Source: an uncultured Chloroflexia bacterium | Lineage (GTDB): Bacteria > Chloroflexota > Dehalococcoidia > Dehalococcoidales > RBG-16-60-22 | Direction of reading: 5' to 3' | Assembly (NCBI GenBank): GCA_963759785.1 | Contig: CAVXAM010000005.1 | Location: 360,420 to 424,419 of the forward strand | Length of the DNA: 64,000 nucleotides | Shown: in pieces, positions 56,605 to 64,000 of the stretch | How the letters are laid out: every line of letters begins with the position of its first letter | How positions within the stretch are numbered: the first letter of the stretch is position 1 | Translations under genes and position numbers: made by a program | The notes under the pieces: model-generated | Databases searched by the model: none | Told to the model about the DNA's origin: nothing | What the model saw: only the letters and a program-made list of their open reading frames with translations

Positions 56605-58222
56605 CGAGTTTAGTAAAGAGGGGTTTGGGTTCTCTTAACTTTTGTCCTGCCGGTACTGGTTGCGATGTCCAGCCGGCATCTTCTATTTTACCTTCGAAAC
56701 CGAGATATTCATGTACTCTCTGCGAACTGAAGGGCAGGAACGGAAACATTAAAGTCTTTAACCGGGAGATAACGTTAATAGCGACGTATAATGAAGTTGC
56801 CGCCGCCGGTTTGTCTTCTTTTATTTTCTTCCAGGGGGCTTTTTCGTCGAGGTAGCGGTTACCCTGCTGCGCTAACGCCATCGCGGCGCCGATACCCTGT
56901 TTAAAGTAGCATTTAGAAATTGACTCCCCGACTTTTTCCAGGCAGATATCGGCATTCAGGAGTATATTCTTATCGACGTCATCTAAAGCGCCGGTTTCTG
57001 GTACTTTACCGTCGAAGTTTTTATAGGTAAACGTCAGCACGCGATTTACTAAATTGCCATATGTGGCGACCAACTCGTCGTTGTTGCGGCGGACGAATTC
57101 CCGCCACGAAAAATCGGTATCGCTGGTTTCCGGCATATTAATGGAGAGGATGTATCTCAAGGGGTCGGGGTCGTAGCGCGAAAGATAGTCCGGCACCCAG
57201 ACCGCCCAGTTGCGGCTGGTAGATATTTTCCTGCCCTCGATAGTCAGGAACTCATTAGCGGGTACGTCGTAAGGTATGTTGAGTCCGCCGTAGCCCATCA
57301 GCTCCGCTGGCCAGTTCATGGTATGGAAAACGATATTATCTTTACCGATGAAATAGTAGGCTTTAGTATCCCCCTGCCAGAAGGGTCGCCACTTTTCGGG
57401 GTCGCCCTGCAGCTGCGCCCATTCCTTGCTGGCGGAAAGGTAGCCGATGACATTCTCGAACCAGACGTAGAATCGCTTGTTTTCGAAGCCGGGCTCCGGC
57501 ACTTTAATGCCCCAGTCGATGTCGCGCGTAATCGCCCGGTCGTTCAGCCCTTCCTTAAGAAAGCCGAGTGTAAAATTTCGCACGTTGGCACGCCAGTGTG
57601 TTTGTTCTTTGACCCAGTCGATTAGTTTCTGGTTGAAGGCGCTTAGCTTGAAAAATAAGTGCTCGGTCTGGCGGAACTCGGGTGGGTTGCCGCAGTTGCG
57701 GCAGCGGGGATTTTTTAATTCCGAGGCATTAAGGGGTTTGCCGCATTGCTCGCACTCGTCGCCGCGAGTGTCAGTAGTACCGCAATAGGGGCAGGTGCCC
57801 TCGACATAACGGTCGGGCAAAAAACGTCCGCACTTTGCACAATACGGCTGTGATGTGCTTGCTTTATAAATATAGCCGTGTGCTTTTAGCATCTGGAAAA
57901 TATCGTGAGTCACGGCGGCGTGATTAGGCGTGCCGGTAGAGGTATATAATTCCCAGACAATGCCGAGTTTTTGCCAGGTTTCCTGGAAGTCGCGGTGATA
58001 AAAAGCGGCAACTTCCGCCGCAGTCTTACCTTCCTGCTCGGCTCTTATCGTTATCGGCGTGCCGTGCTGGTCTGAGCCGGATACCATCAGCACTTCGTTA
58101 CCTTTTAGACGATGGTAGCGGGCGAAGATATCCGCCGGTAAATAACATCCGGCGATATGTCCTACATGCAGCGAGCCGTTAGCATAGGGCCAGGCGACCC
58201 CGATGAAAATTCTTTCACTCAT
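56561..58222 (-). CDS. metG: methionine--tRNA ligase
   Basis: HIGH-type motif SLHVGH, KMSKS-type KISTS, and zinc knuckles CPYCG...CEQCG and CRNCG in the connective peptide. Confidence 0.95.
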   Translation of the reverse strand: MSERIFIGVAWPYANGSLHVGHIAGCYLPADIFARYHRLKGNEVLMVSGSDQHGTPITIRAEQEGKTAAEVAAFYHRDFQETWQKLGIVWELYTSTGTPNHAAVTHDIFQMLKAHGYIYKASTSQPYCAKCGRFLPDRYVEGTCPYCGTTDTRGDECEQCGKPLNASELKNPRCRNCGNPPEFRQTEHLFFKLSAFNQKLIDWVKEQTHWRANVRNFTLGFLKEGLNDRAITRDIDWGIKVPEPGFENKRFYVWFENVIGYLSASKEWAQLQGDPEKWRPFWQGDTKAYYFIGKDNIVFHTMNWPAELMGYGGLNIPYDVPANEFLTIEGRKISTSRNWAVWVPDYLSRYDPDPLRYILSINMPETSDTDFSWREFVRRNNDELVATYGNLVNRVLTFTYKNFDGKVPETGALDDVDKNILLNADICLEKVGESISKCYFKQGIGAAMALAQQGNRYLDEKAPWKKIKEDKPAAATSLYVAINVISRLKTLMFPFLPFSSQRVHEYLGFEGKIEDAGWTSQPVPAGQKLREPKPLFTKLDESIIEEESKRLGT

Positions 58223-58232
58223 AATCTTGTCT

Positions 58233-58445
58233 TTAGAAGAACGTTAACGTTTTTTCGCCTTTTTCTTCTTTATACTGGGCATAACCTTTCTTCAGGCAGC
58301 AGTCGATGCAATAGCGTTTCGTGTCGCCTTCCTCGTCCTCTTTGCCGTCCTTTTCATTGATGGCAAGGTACCGGTCGGGGTAGGGGATGGGTTTTTTACA
58401 ACGATCACATTTTATCTCGCCTAAAGATACACAGCCTCGACGCAT
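58233..58445 (-). CDS. small zinc-ribbon-like protein (70 aa)
   Basis: CDRC...x35...CIDCC. Tightly packed between rsmI and metG. Confidence 0.5.
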   Translation of the reverse strand: MRRGCVSLGEIKCDRCKKPIPYPDRYLAINEKDGKEDEEGDTKRYCIDCCLKKGYAQYKEEKGEKTLTFF

Positions 58446-58457
58446 TTTTTTACTCCT

Positions 58458-59309
58458 TTATCGGGTTTTACGGGTATTATTACGTTCCCAGACCTTATCC
58501 AGTTTCAGCCATGTCTGGTAAAGCTCTTTTCGTTTGAGTCCGGTTTCGCTGGCTAACGCCCCGACGGCTTCTTTAGCCGTGGCGCCGGCGAGGTACATTT
58601 CATGTAATTTCTTTTCGATATCGTCGGTCATCTGCGGCTTTTCTTTAGCGCTTTTGCCTTCGATAACTAGAGTGAATTCGCCGCGCGGATTGGTGAAATG
58701 TTTAATAGCTACGCTGACCGTGCCGCGGAATATCTCTTCGTGGAGTTTCGTCATCTCGCGGCAGACGGCGATACGCCGGTCGCCCAAAACGTTAAGGATG
58801 TCATCTAGAGTTGCCGTTAATCGGTGCGGAGCTTCCAGAGTAATAATGGTGCCTGTTTCGTTAGCTATCGCTTCCAGCGCTTTACGTCGGGCGGCGGCTT
58901 TAGGAGGGAGGAAGCCAATAAAAGTAAACCTGTCGGTCGGCAGTCCGGATACCGCCAGCGCCGTGGTAATCGCCGAAGCGCCCGGAATCGGCACGACCGT
59001 AATATTTTTCCTGCTGGCGGCGGCGATCAGCTCGTAGCCGGGGTCGGAAATACCCGGCATCCCCGCCTCCGAAACCAAAGCGACGTCTGCTTCTTTAAGC
59101 TGGTCGAGGATATAGTCCAGCTTGGTCAACTTATTATGTTCAAAATAGCTGGTCATCGGTGTCTTGATATTATAAGCATCCAAAAGGCGCCGCGTTTTAC
59201 GCGTGTCTTCAGCCGCGATAAGATTCACCTCGCGCAGCATTCTAAGCGCCCGCATCGAGATATCTTCGAGATTACCAATCGGGGTGGCGACAACGTAAAG
59301 AACAGGCAT
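58458..59309 (-). CDS. rsmI: 16S rRNA (cytidine1402-2'-O)-methyltransferase RsmI
   Basis: MPVLYVVATPIGNLEDIS... is a tetrapyrrole-methylase-fold N-terminus. Length and the GxSD/PG motifs are typical of RsmI. Confidence 0.9.
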   Translation of the reverse strand: MPVLYVVATPIGNLEDISMRALRMLREVNLIAAEDTRKTRRLLDAYNIKTPMTSYFEHNKLTKLDYILDQLKEADVALVSEAGMPGISDPGYELIAAASRKNITVVPIPGASAITTALAVSGLPTDRFTFIGFLPPKAAARRKALEAIANETGTIITLEAPHRLTATLDDILNVLGDRRIAVCREMTKLHEEIFRGTVSVAIKHFTNPRGEFTLVIEGKSAKEKPQMTDDIEKKLHEMYLAGATAKEAVGALASETGLKRKELYQTWLKLDKVWERNNTRKTR

Positions 59310-59440
59310 TTTTATCTCATCCTTAACGTAATCATTATAAGCTGACGGGCGTAGGCGTGTCTAGCTTGGCGTTAGATCAGCTTTTTAACGAAATGTTTTT
59401 AGTAAAAGAAAAATATTCATCTTTGATGAGAAAATAACTA

Positions 59441-59470
59441 TTGCATTTTCTTAAGAAACTTTGGTATAAT
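59441..59470 (+). promoter_or_regulatory. candidate sigma-70 promoter (TTGCAT, 18 nt, TG-n-TATAAT)
   Basis: ttgcat at 59441..59446 and tggtataat at 59462..59470. The -10 box abuts the aaggag that would serve as SD for ATG 59487, so both cannot function as drawn. Confidence 0.35.
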
Positions 59471-59486
59471 AAGGAGCACATAATCT

Positions 59487-60641
59487 ATGTGCAGCGCAAA
59501 GGCTCAACCGAAATTCAAACAGCTCAAGCAGTCTTACGGCTTTGACGAGGTTGCCATTGTGCCCGGGGACGTTACCCTCAACCCCGACCAGACCAACACG
59601 GATTTCCAAATCGGCGACTTCACTTTTAAGATTCCATTCGTCACATCGGCGATGGATTCCGTCGTCGATGTTAGACTGGCAATCCACTTTAGTAAACTGG
59701 GCGGACTCGCCGTATTAAATCTGGACGGCATACAGGCGCGCTATACGAACCCCGACGAAGTGCTGGATAAAATCGCTAAAGCCAGCGATACCGAAGTGAC
59801 CACCTTACTGCAAAAAGTCTATCGAGAGCCGATTAAAGATAACCTCGTCGGCGATAGAGTCAGAGAGCTTAAGAAGGCTGGCGCCACCGCCGCCATTTCG
59901 CTCATCCCCGCCAATACTAAACATCTCGCGCCGGTCGTGCAGGAAGCCGGCGGCGATATTTTAGTCGTCCAATCCACCGTCACCAGCGCCCGCCATGTTT
60001 CAAAAAGCTACCGCGGCTTAATTTTCTCGGAGATGGTTAAACAGTCAAAAATACCGATTATCGTCGGCAACTGCGTCAGCTATAACGCCTGTCTGGAGTT
60101 AATGCAGACGGGCATCGCCGGTGTACTGGTCGGTGTTGGTCCCGGCGCCGCCTGTACCTCGCGCGAAGTTCTCGGCATCGGCGTCCCCCAGATTACCGCC
60201 ACTATCGACTGCGCCGCCGCCAGAGATACCTATGAAAAAGAGACTGGCAAGTACGTTCCGATTATTACCGACGGCGGTTTACGCAAAGGCGGCGATATCT
60301 GTAAAGCCTTTGCCGCCGGCACGGACGCGGTGATGATTGGTTCGCCGATCGCCCAAACGCAGGAAGCTCCCGGTCGCGGCTATCACTGGGGCATGTCGCA
60401 TCCTCATCCGGCTTTACCTAGAGGAACTCGTATCCGAGTCGGAACGAATACCACCTTAGAAAAACTCCTCTTCGGTCCCACCTCGGTCGTGCATGGCACG
60501 GAGAACTTCGTCGGCGCTTTACGCACGGCGATGGGTTTCTGCGGCGCCGCCAATATCAAGGAAATGCATAACGCGGAAATGGTTATCGCCCCCGCGCTAT
60601 CTACCGAGGGCAAGTATTACCAGATGACCCAGCGCGTCTAG
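59487..60641 (+). CDS. IMP dehydrogenase/GMP reductase-family protein lacking the CBS subdomain (GuaB-related)
   Basis: FDEVAIVPG N-terminus, active-site loop GVGPGAACTSR, DGGLRKGGDI and GSP phosphate-binding motifs. Only 384 aa. Confidence 0.8.
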   Translation: MCSAKAQPKFKQLKQSYGFDEVAIVPGDVTLNPDQTNTDFQIGDFTFKIPFVTSAMDSVVDVRLAIHFSKLGGLAVLNLDGIQARYTNPDEVLDKIAKASDTEVTTLLQKVYREPIKDNLVGDRVRELKKAGATAAISLIPANTKHLAPVVQEAGGDILVVQSTVTSARHVSKSYRGLIFSEMVKQSKIPIIVGNCVSYNACLELMQTGIAGVLVGVGPGAACTSREVLGIGVPQITATIDCAAARDTYEKETGKYVPIITDGGLRKGGDICKAFAAGTDAVMIGSPIAQTQEAPGRGYHWGMSHPHPALPRGTRIRVGTNTTLEKLLFGPTSVVHGTENFVGALRTAMGFCGAANIKEMHNAEMVIAPALSTEGKYYQMTQRV

Positions 60642-60650
60642 CCGTCTTTC

Positions 60651-61256
60651 CTATAGCTTCTGATTAAAGAAACCGCTGTATTTACTATAGACTTTTTCGA
60701 CCAGCTCGCCGGATTTCGGATTGCCCCAGTTATTCATCCATTCCGAAACAACCTGCATCCAGGTGCAGGGCGCTACGCCGGCTTGTATCATCCGTTGGAT
60801 AGCCATTTCATGGGCTACCGGCGATTCCGAACCGGCTGCATCCATTACGCCGAAGACCTCGAATCCCTCTTTTACGCCGCGTATCGCTGTGAAGGCGAAA
60901 CACATACTCGTCCATAGCCCGGACAGTACCAGCTGCTTTTTACCGGTTTGCTTGACGGCGCTAAATACATCCGGGTCGTCGAAACAATCGAACCCCGGTA
61001 CTTTTCGAGCGATAACGGGTACTTTGGGGAACATCTCCCTGATTTCCGCTAGGAAAAGTCCATTTCTCTTTTCACCGATGGATGCTAGCACAGTAGGTAT
61101 ACCGAGTATTTCCGCGCCTTTAGCCAGCGCCAGGACGTTGTTTTGAATCAGAGTACGGTCGCCAGATTCGACTCCATAAAGCATGACCGCCTGATAGTCT
61201 ACCAGGAGAAGAACGCTATTGTTTGCTTTTAACATTAACGGTGATTGTTGAGCCAT
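60651..61256 (-). CDS. isochorismatase-family hydrolase
   Basis: LLLVDYQ start of the fold, and a catalytic Cys context LSGLWTSMCF. Confidence 0.8.
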   Translation of the reverse strand: MAQQSPLMLKANNSVLLLVDYQAVMLYGVESGDRTLIQNNVLALAKGAEILGIPTVLASIGEKRNGLFLAEIREMFPKVPVIARKVPGFDCFDDPDVFSAVKQTGKKQLVLSGLWTSMCFAFTAIRGVKEGFEVFGVMDAAGSESPVAHEMAIQRMIQAGVAPCTWMQVVSEWMNNWGNPKSGELVEKVYSKYSGFFNQKL

Positions 61257-61401
61257 GATAAAACCTCCTCTTCAAGATATTTCCACGCGTATTTAAAGTT
61301 ATCATCTGTGAATCTTACCGTCAAGAGACCTAGGTCTCATTTTTGACACATTCTTTTTATATCATTATCATTAGTCTAAATACTTTACGAGGATAGATAA
61401 G

Positions 61402-62316
61402 ATGACCAGAATCGATTACGAAAAATATCTGGTGCGTAAGCCCCTTTACGAGGCTTTCGGCGGCACGAAGAACCGCCAGAGTCCCACCATGACGATGATG
61501 AGTAATAAACAGGTGCCGGGTTGTAACTATTATATCGAGCCCGGCTGGATATACGGTATCCCCGACCCCAATCCCAGCCTCCACGAACACGTCCACGATT
61601 TTGACGAGATAGTGATGCACATGGGCGGGGACTATCGAATACCGCAGGTGCTCGGCGGAGAGGTGGAGTTTTACGTCGGCGGCCAGCCCATCACCTTCAA
61701 TACCTCAACCGCTTTTTATATCCCTAAAGGTACGCCGCATGGTCCGGTTATCTGGAAAAAGTTTCAGTTCCCACACCTGCAAATGGCTATCATGTGCGGC
61801 ACTGGCAGCGCTGGCGAAGCCTGGGACACCAGCGGCATTCACAAAGAAAAAATCAAATTGCCGAAAAAGACCAGAGACTTCGACTACGAGCAGTATGTGG
61901 TGCGGAGTCCCTTACGCGAAGCGGGTGCGGAGTTTACCGCCGGGCGTACCAGCCCCACCCTGACCTATATGAGTAGTTTGCAAGTACCGGGCGCTAAATA
62001 TTATATAGAATATGGCTGGACCTTCGGTATGCCTGTCTCGAAAATCGCCGGACCCGGTATGCCCGAGATGGTGCATCACAACTGCGACGAAATCGTGCTG
62101 CATCTCGGTGGCGACCCCGAAAATCCCGAAGACCTTGGCGGTGAGGTGGAATTCTGTGTTGGCGGGCAGCCGCTAACCTTCGATACCACCAGCGCCCTTT
62201 ATATTCCTCGTGGACTTAAGCACGGCCCGCTGCGCCTTAAAGAATATCGTAAACCCCACTTGGTGATTGCGATAATGTGCGGCGTTGGGACGTTAAGAGA
62301 GGGGTGGGGACGCTAA
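61402..62316 (+). CDS. bicupin of the same uncharacterised family (internal duplication)
   Basis: Halves 1-145 and ~160-304 are collinear. Compare DYEKY/DYEQY, HVHDFDE/VHHNCDE, GGEVEFYVGGQPITF/GGEVEFCVGGQPLTF, YIPKGTPHGP/YIPRGLKHGP and AIMCG in both. Confidence 0.75.
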   Translation: MTRIDYEKYLVRKPLYEAFGGTKNRQSPTMTMMSNKQVPGCNYYIEPGWIYGIPDPNPSLHEHVHDFDEIVMHMGGDYRIPQVLGGEVEFYVGGQPITFNTSTAFYIPKGTPHGPVIWKKFQFPHLQMAIMCGTGSAGEAWDTSGIHKEKIKLPKKTRDFDYEQYVVRSPLREAGAEFTAGRTSPTLTYMSSLQVPGAKYYIEYGWTFGMPVSKIAGPGMPEMVHHNCDEIVLHLGGDPENPEDLGGEVEFCVGGQPLTFDTTSALYIPRGLKHGPLRLKEYRKPHLVIAIMCGVGTLREGWGR

Positions 62317-62332
62317 AATAGGATGGCGAGAC

Positions 62333-63091
62333 TTATTCGTCCTCTTCCTCTTCTTCAGGGGGAGGAGTAGCGCCACCGCCGATATGCGGTAATATCACGC
62401 CGCCTTTAGCGCCCTTTTTCACCGCACGCGGTGGTAATTTACTGACAGTTTTGGATAATTCTCTCAGGTTATTGCCTTCTGCCTCGACTAAAACACCGTC
62501 GATTTCGATGTCCTGTAGGGATTTAAGTTCCGCTTCACTAATATTAGCTGGGACGGGGACGATTAAGGGTTTAGCGATAAAATTCGCCAGGTGGCGGTAA
62601 ATCATTACCTGGTGTACCGTCAGCGTTTCGCTGCTTTCAAGGGCATCGGTTATCAATACGGCGTCGGCCGGCAGGTCGTTAATGGCTCGTAAAAGTCCGT
62701 CATCCATCGACGAATCTACCTGTAATATCTTGCCGATTTTCTCGTCCTGCGGCAGGTCCTGGATATGGCTGGTCGGTGAGAACACTACAAAATCACATCC
62801 CGCCCCAATCAATTCTGCCGTAACGTCGCCGCTTTCTTCGAGATACACCCCCCAGGGTATATTGCCCAGTGATTTGGCAGCCTTTTGTATGTCCTTGGCG
62901 GTCGCGTCCGTATGAATCAGGACGGCATCAGCGTCAGGACTTATTTTTGGCGATGTGGTTGAGCTATTTACTGTAAAACGTCCGATAATCAGAATTTTCG
63001 AGCCGGCTTCTATCGTTTTCGAAGTATGGAAACCCATCGGTTGGGACGCCGCCTGCGATAGTTTGCATAATTTGTCTATCAGTTTACTCAT
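62333..63091 (-). CDS. hypothetical protein with an acidic PPEEEEEDE C-terminus
   Basis: 252-aa ORF with coding-like composition and alternating beta/alpha-like pattern. No motif I recognise. Confidence 0.5.
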   Translation of the reverse strand: MSKLIDKLCKLSQAASQPMGFHTSKTIEAGSKILIIGRFTVNSSTTSPKISPDADAVLIHTDATAKDIQKAAKSLGNIPWGVYLEESGDVTAELIGAGCDFVVFSPTSHIQDLPQDEKIGKILQVDSSMDDGLLRAINDLPADAVLITDALESSETLTVHQVMIYRHLANFIAKPLIVPVPANISEAELKSLQDIEIDGVLVEAEGNNLRELSKTVSKLPPRAVKKGAKGGVILPHIGGGATPPPEEEEEDE

Positions 63092-63472
63092 ATTCTCCTT
63101 TACCTAATCATTATAAGTAATTGTTTTTGCTAAATACAACCCTGATTACCACCGGACTTAACATTAAAATATATAAAATTTATTTTCAAAAACCTTAACG
63201 TTTCTTACGTATTTTTTGATTTTCCTGTTGCCTGTAACTTGTTTTAGATGCTAAATTATATAATAAGTAAATAATAATTTCCGATTTTAGGGGAAGATAT
63301 AATTGGCCCTGATATATACGGTGTAACGAGTTAAAAATCGTTAAGTAATGGTAAATTTTACTGGTTTCACAACAGTACCATCGTTTATATCAAAATGAAA
63401 ACGCTCGATATATCATATATAGGACGGTGTTATTTGTATCATAATAAAGTTTCAGTTTCAGAAGTGAAGCAA

Positions 63473-64000
63473 ATGGTAAAAAAGATACTTGTTGTGGACG
63501 ATGAACCGGCGCAGGCTAGGATGTTTGCCCAGCTTCTTTCGCTTGGCGGGTATAACGTACTAAAGGCGATCAGCGGTCGCGAGGCAATGCGTATCGTCCA
63601 GGAAAATGTCCCGGACCTCGTATTATTGGATGTCGTGATGCCCGAGATTGATGGCTGGCAAACATGCCGTTTAATTAGGGACATATCTGAAATTCCTATC
63701 ATTATGCTCTCCGGCGTACGTTACTCTGAAGGAGATATTGTGCGCGGTCTGGAGTCTGGGGCGGATGAGTATCTTGTAAAGCCAATCAGTAATCGCGAAT
63801 TGCTGGCCCGTGTAAAAGCCATCTTTCGCCGTGTTGATGAGTTAGCAATACCAAAATCGGAAGGAGCCCATTTTTCCGATGGCTACTTATCGGTCGACCC
63901 GGCAGAACGTCGAGTCACTGTCGGCGGCAAGATGGTGAAACTCACTACTCATGAGTTTCGCCTTCTCGTACTGTTGATGGAAAATGCCGGCTGCGTTATT
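63473..64000 (+). CDS. OmpR/PhoB-type response regulator, C-terminally truncated by the window edge
   Basis: MVKKILVVDDEP...LLDVVMPEIDG...DEYLVKP receiver domain, followed by the start of a winged-helix domain (LTTHEFRLLVLLMEN). The frame is open to position 64000. Confidence 0.85.
   Translation, partial: MVKKILVVDDEPAQARMFAQLLSLGGYNVLKAISGREAMRIVQENVPDLVLLDVVMPEIDGWQTCRLIRDISEIPIIMLSGVRYSEGDIVRGLESGADEYLVKPISNRELLARVKAIFRRVDELAIPKSEGAHFSDGYLSVDPAERRVTVGGKMVKLTTHEFRLLVLLMENAGCVI

Noticed and set aside
1-64000. CRISPR arrays, IS elements/transposases, prophage genes, rRNA genes, toxin-antitoxin pairs or known defence systems
   Set aside because: No regularly spaced direct repeats are present. 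No transposase, integrase, phage structural or nuclease/helicase-type ORFs appear in the six-frame track. The only repeats seen are the four 27-nt palindromes.

Overview
This is a gene-dense, roughly 60-gene bacterial chromosomal window. The gene content (no secretin, anaerobic-type redox enzymes) suggests a monoderm anaerobe, possibly Chloroflexota/Dehalococcoidia-like; that is inference only. From left to right it contains: (1) MFS and MMPL transporters and a zinc-ribbon/coiled-coil protein. (2) An 11-gene type IV pilus locus (6.1-17.5 kb) with its own MerR-type HTH, a coiled-coil histidine kinase and a receiver-ParA-like regulator. (3) Two tandem Zn-alcohol dehydrogenases. (4) A long minus-strand redox/cupin gene array (20.9-29.7 kb) in which two adjacent genes are frame-disrupted. 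(5) An AT-rich three-gene surface-polymer modification islet (30.1-33.7 kb) next to a tRNA-Leu/Arg/Val cluster. (6) An HtrA-like protease. (7) A CoA-ester catabolic cluster (35.7-42.0 kb). (8) A 1230-aa BNR-propeller surface protein. (9) A second decayed locus (46.2-48.7 kb). (10) A cytoplasmic transhydroxylase-like molybdoenzyme pair (49.4-52.9 kb). (11) Housekeeping genes (ftsH, moaE, polyprenyl synthase, metG, rsmI, IMPDH-related). (12) An isochorismatase, another bicupin, an orphan gene and a partial OmpR-type regulator. A 27-nt palindromic element occurs four times. I saw no CRISPR array, transposase, integrase, rRNA or prophage genes. The most unusual items are: the regulator and adhesin components of the pilus locus; an uncharacterised cupin family present as six modules in four genes; the nucleotidyltransferase-aminotransferase/TagF-like/GNAT islet; and about a dozen frame disruptions confined to four genes. 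All calls rest on reading the supplied translations and sequence by eye. No database search was run.
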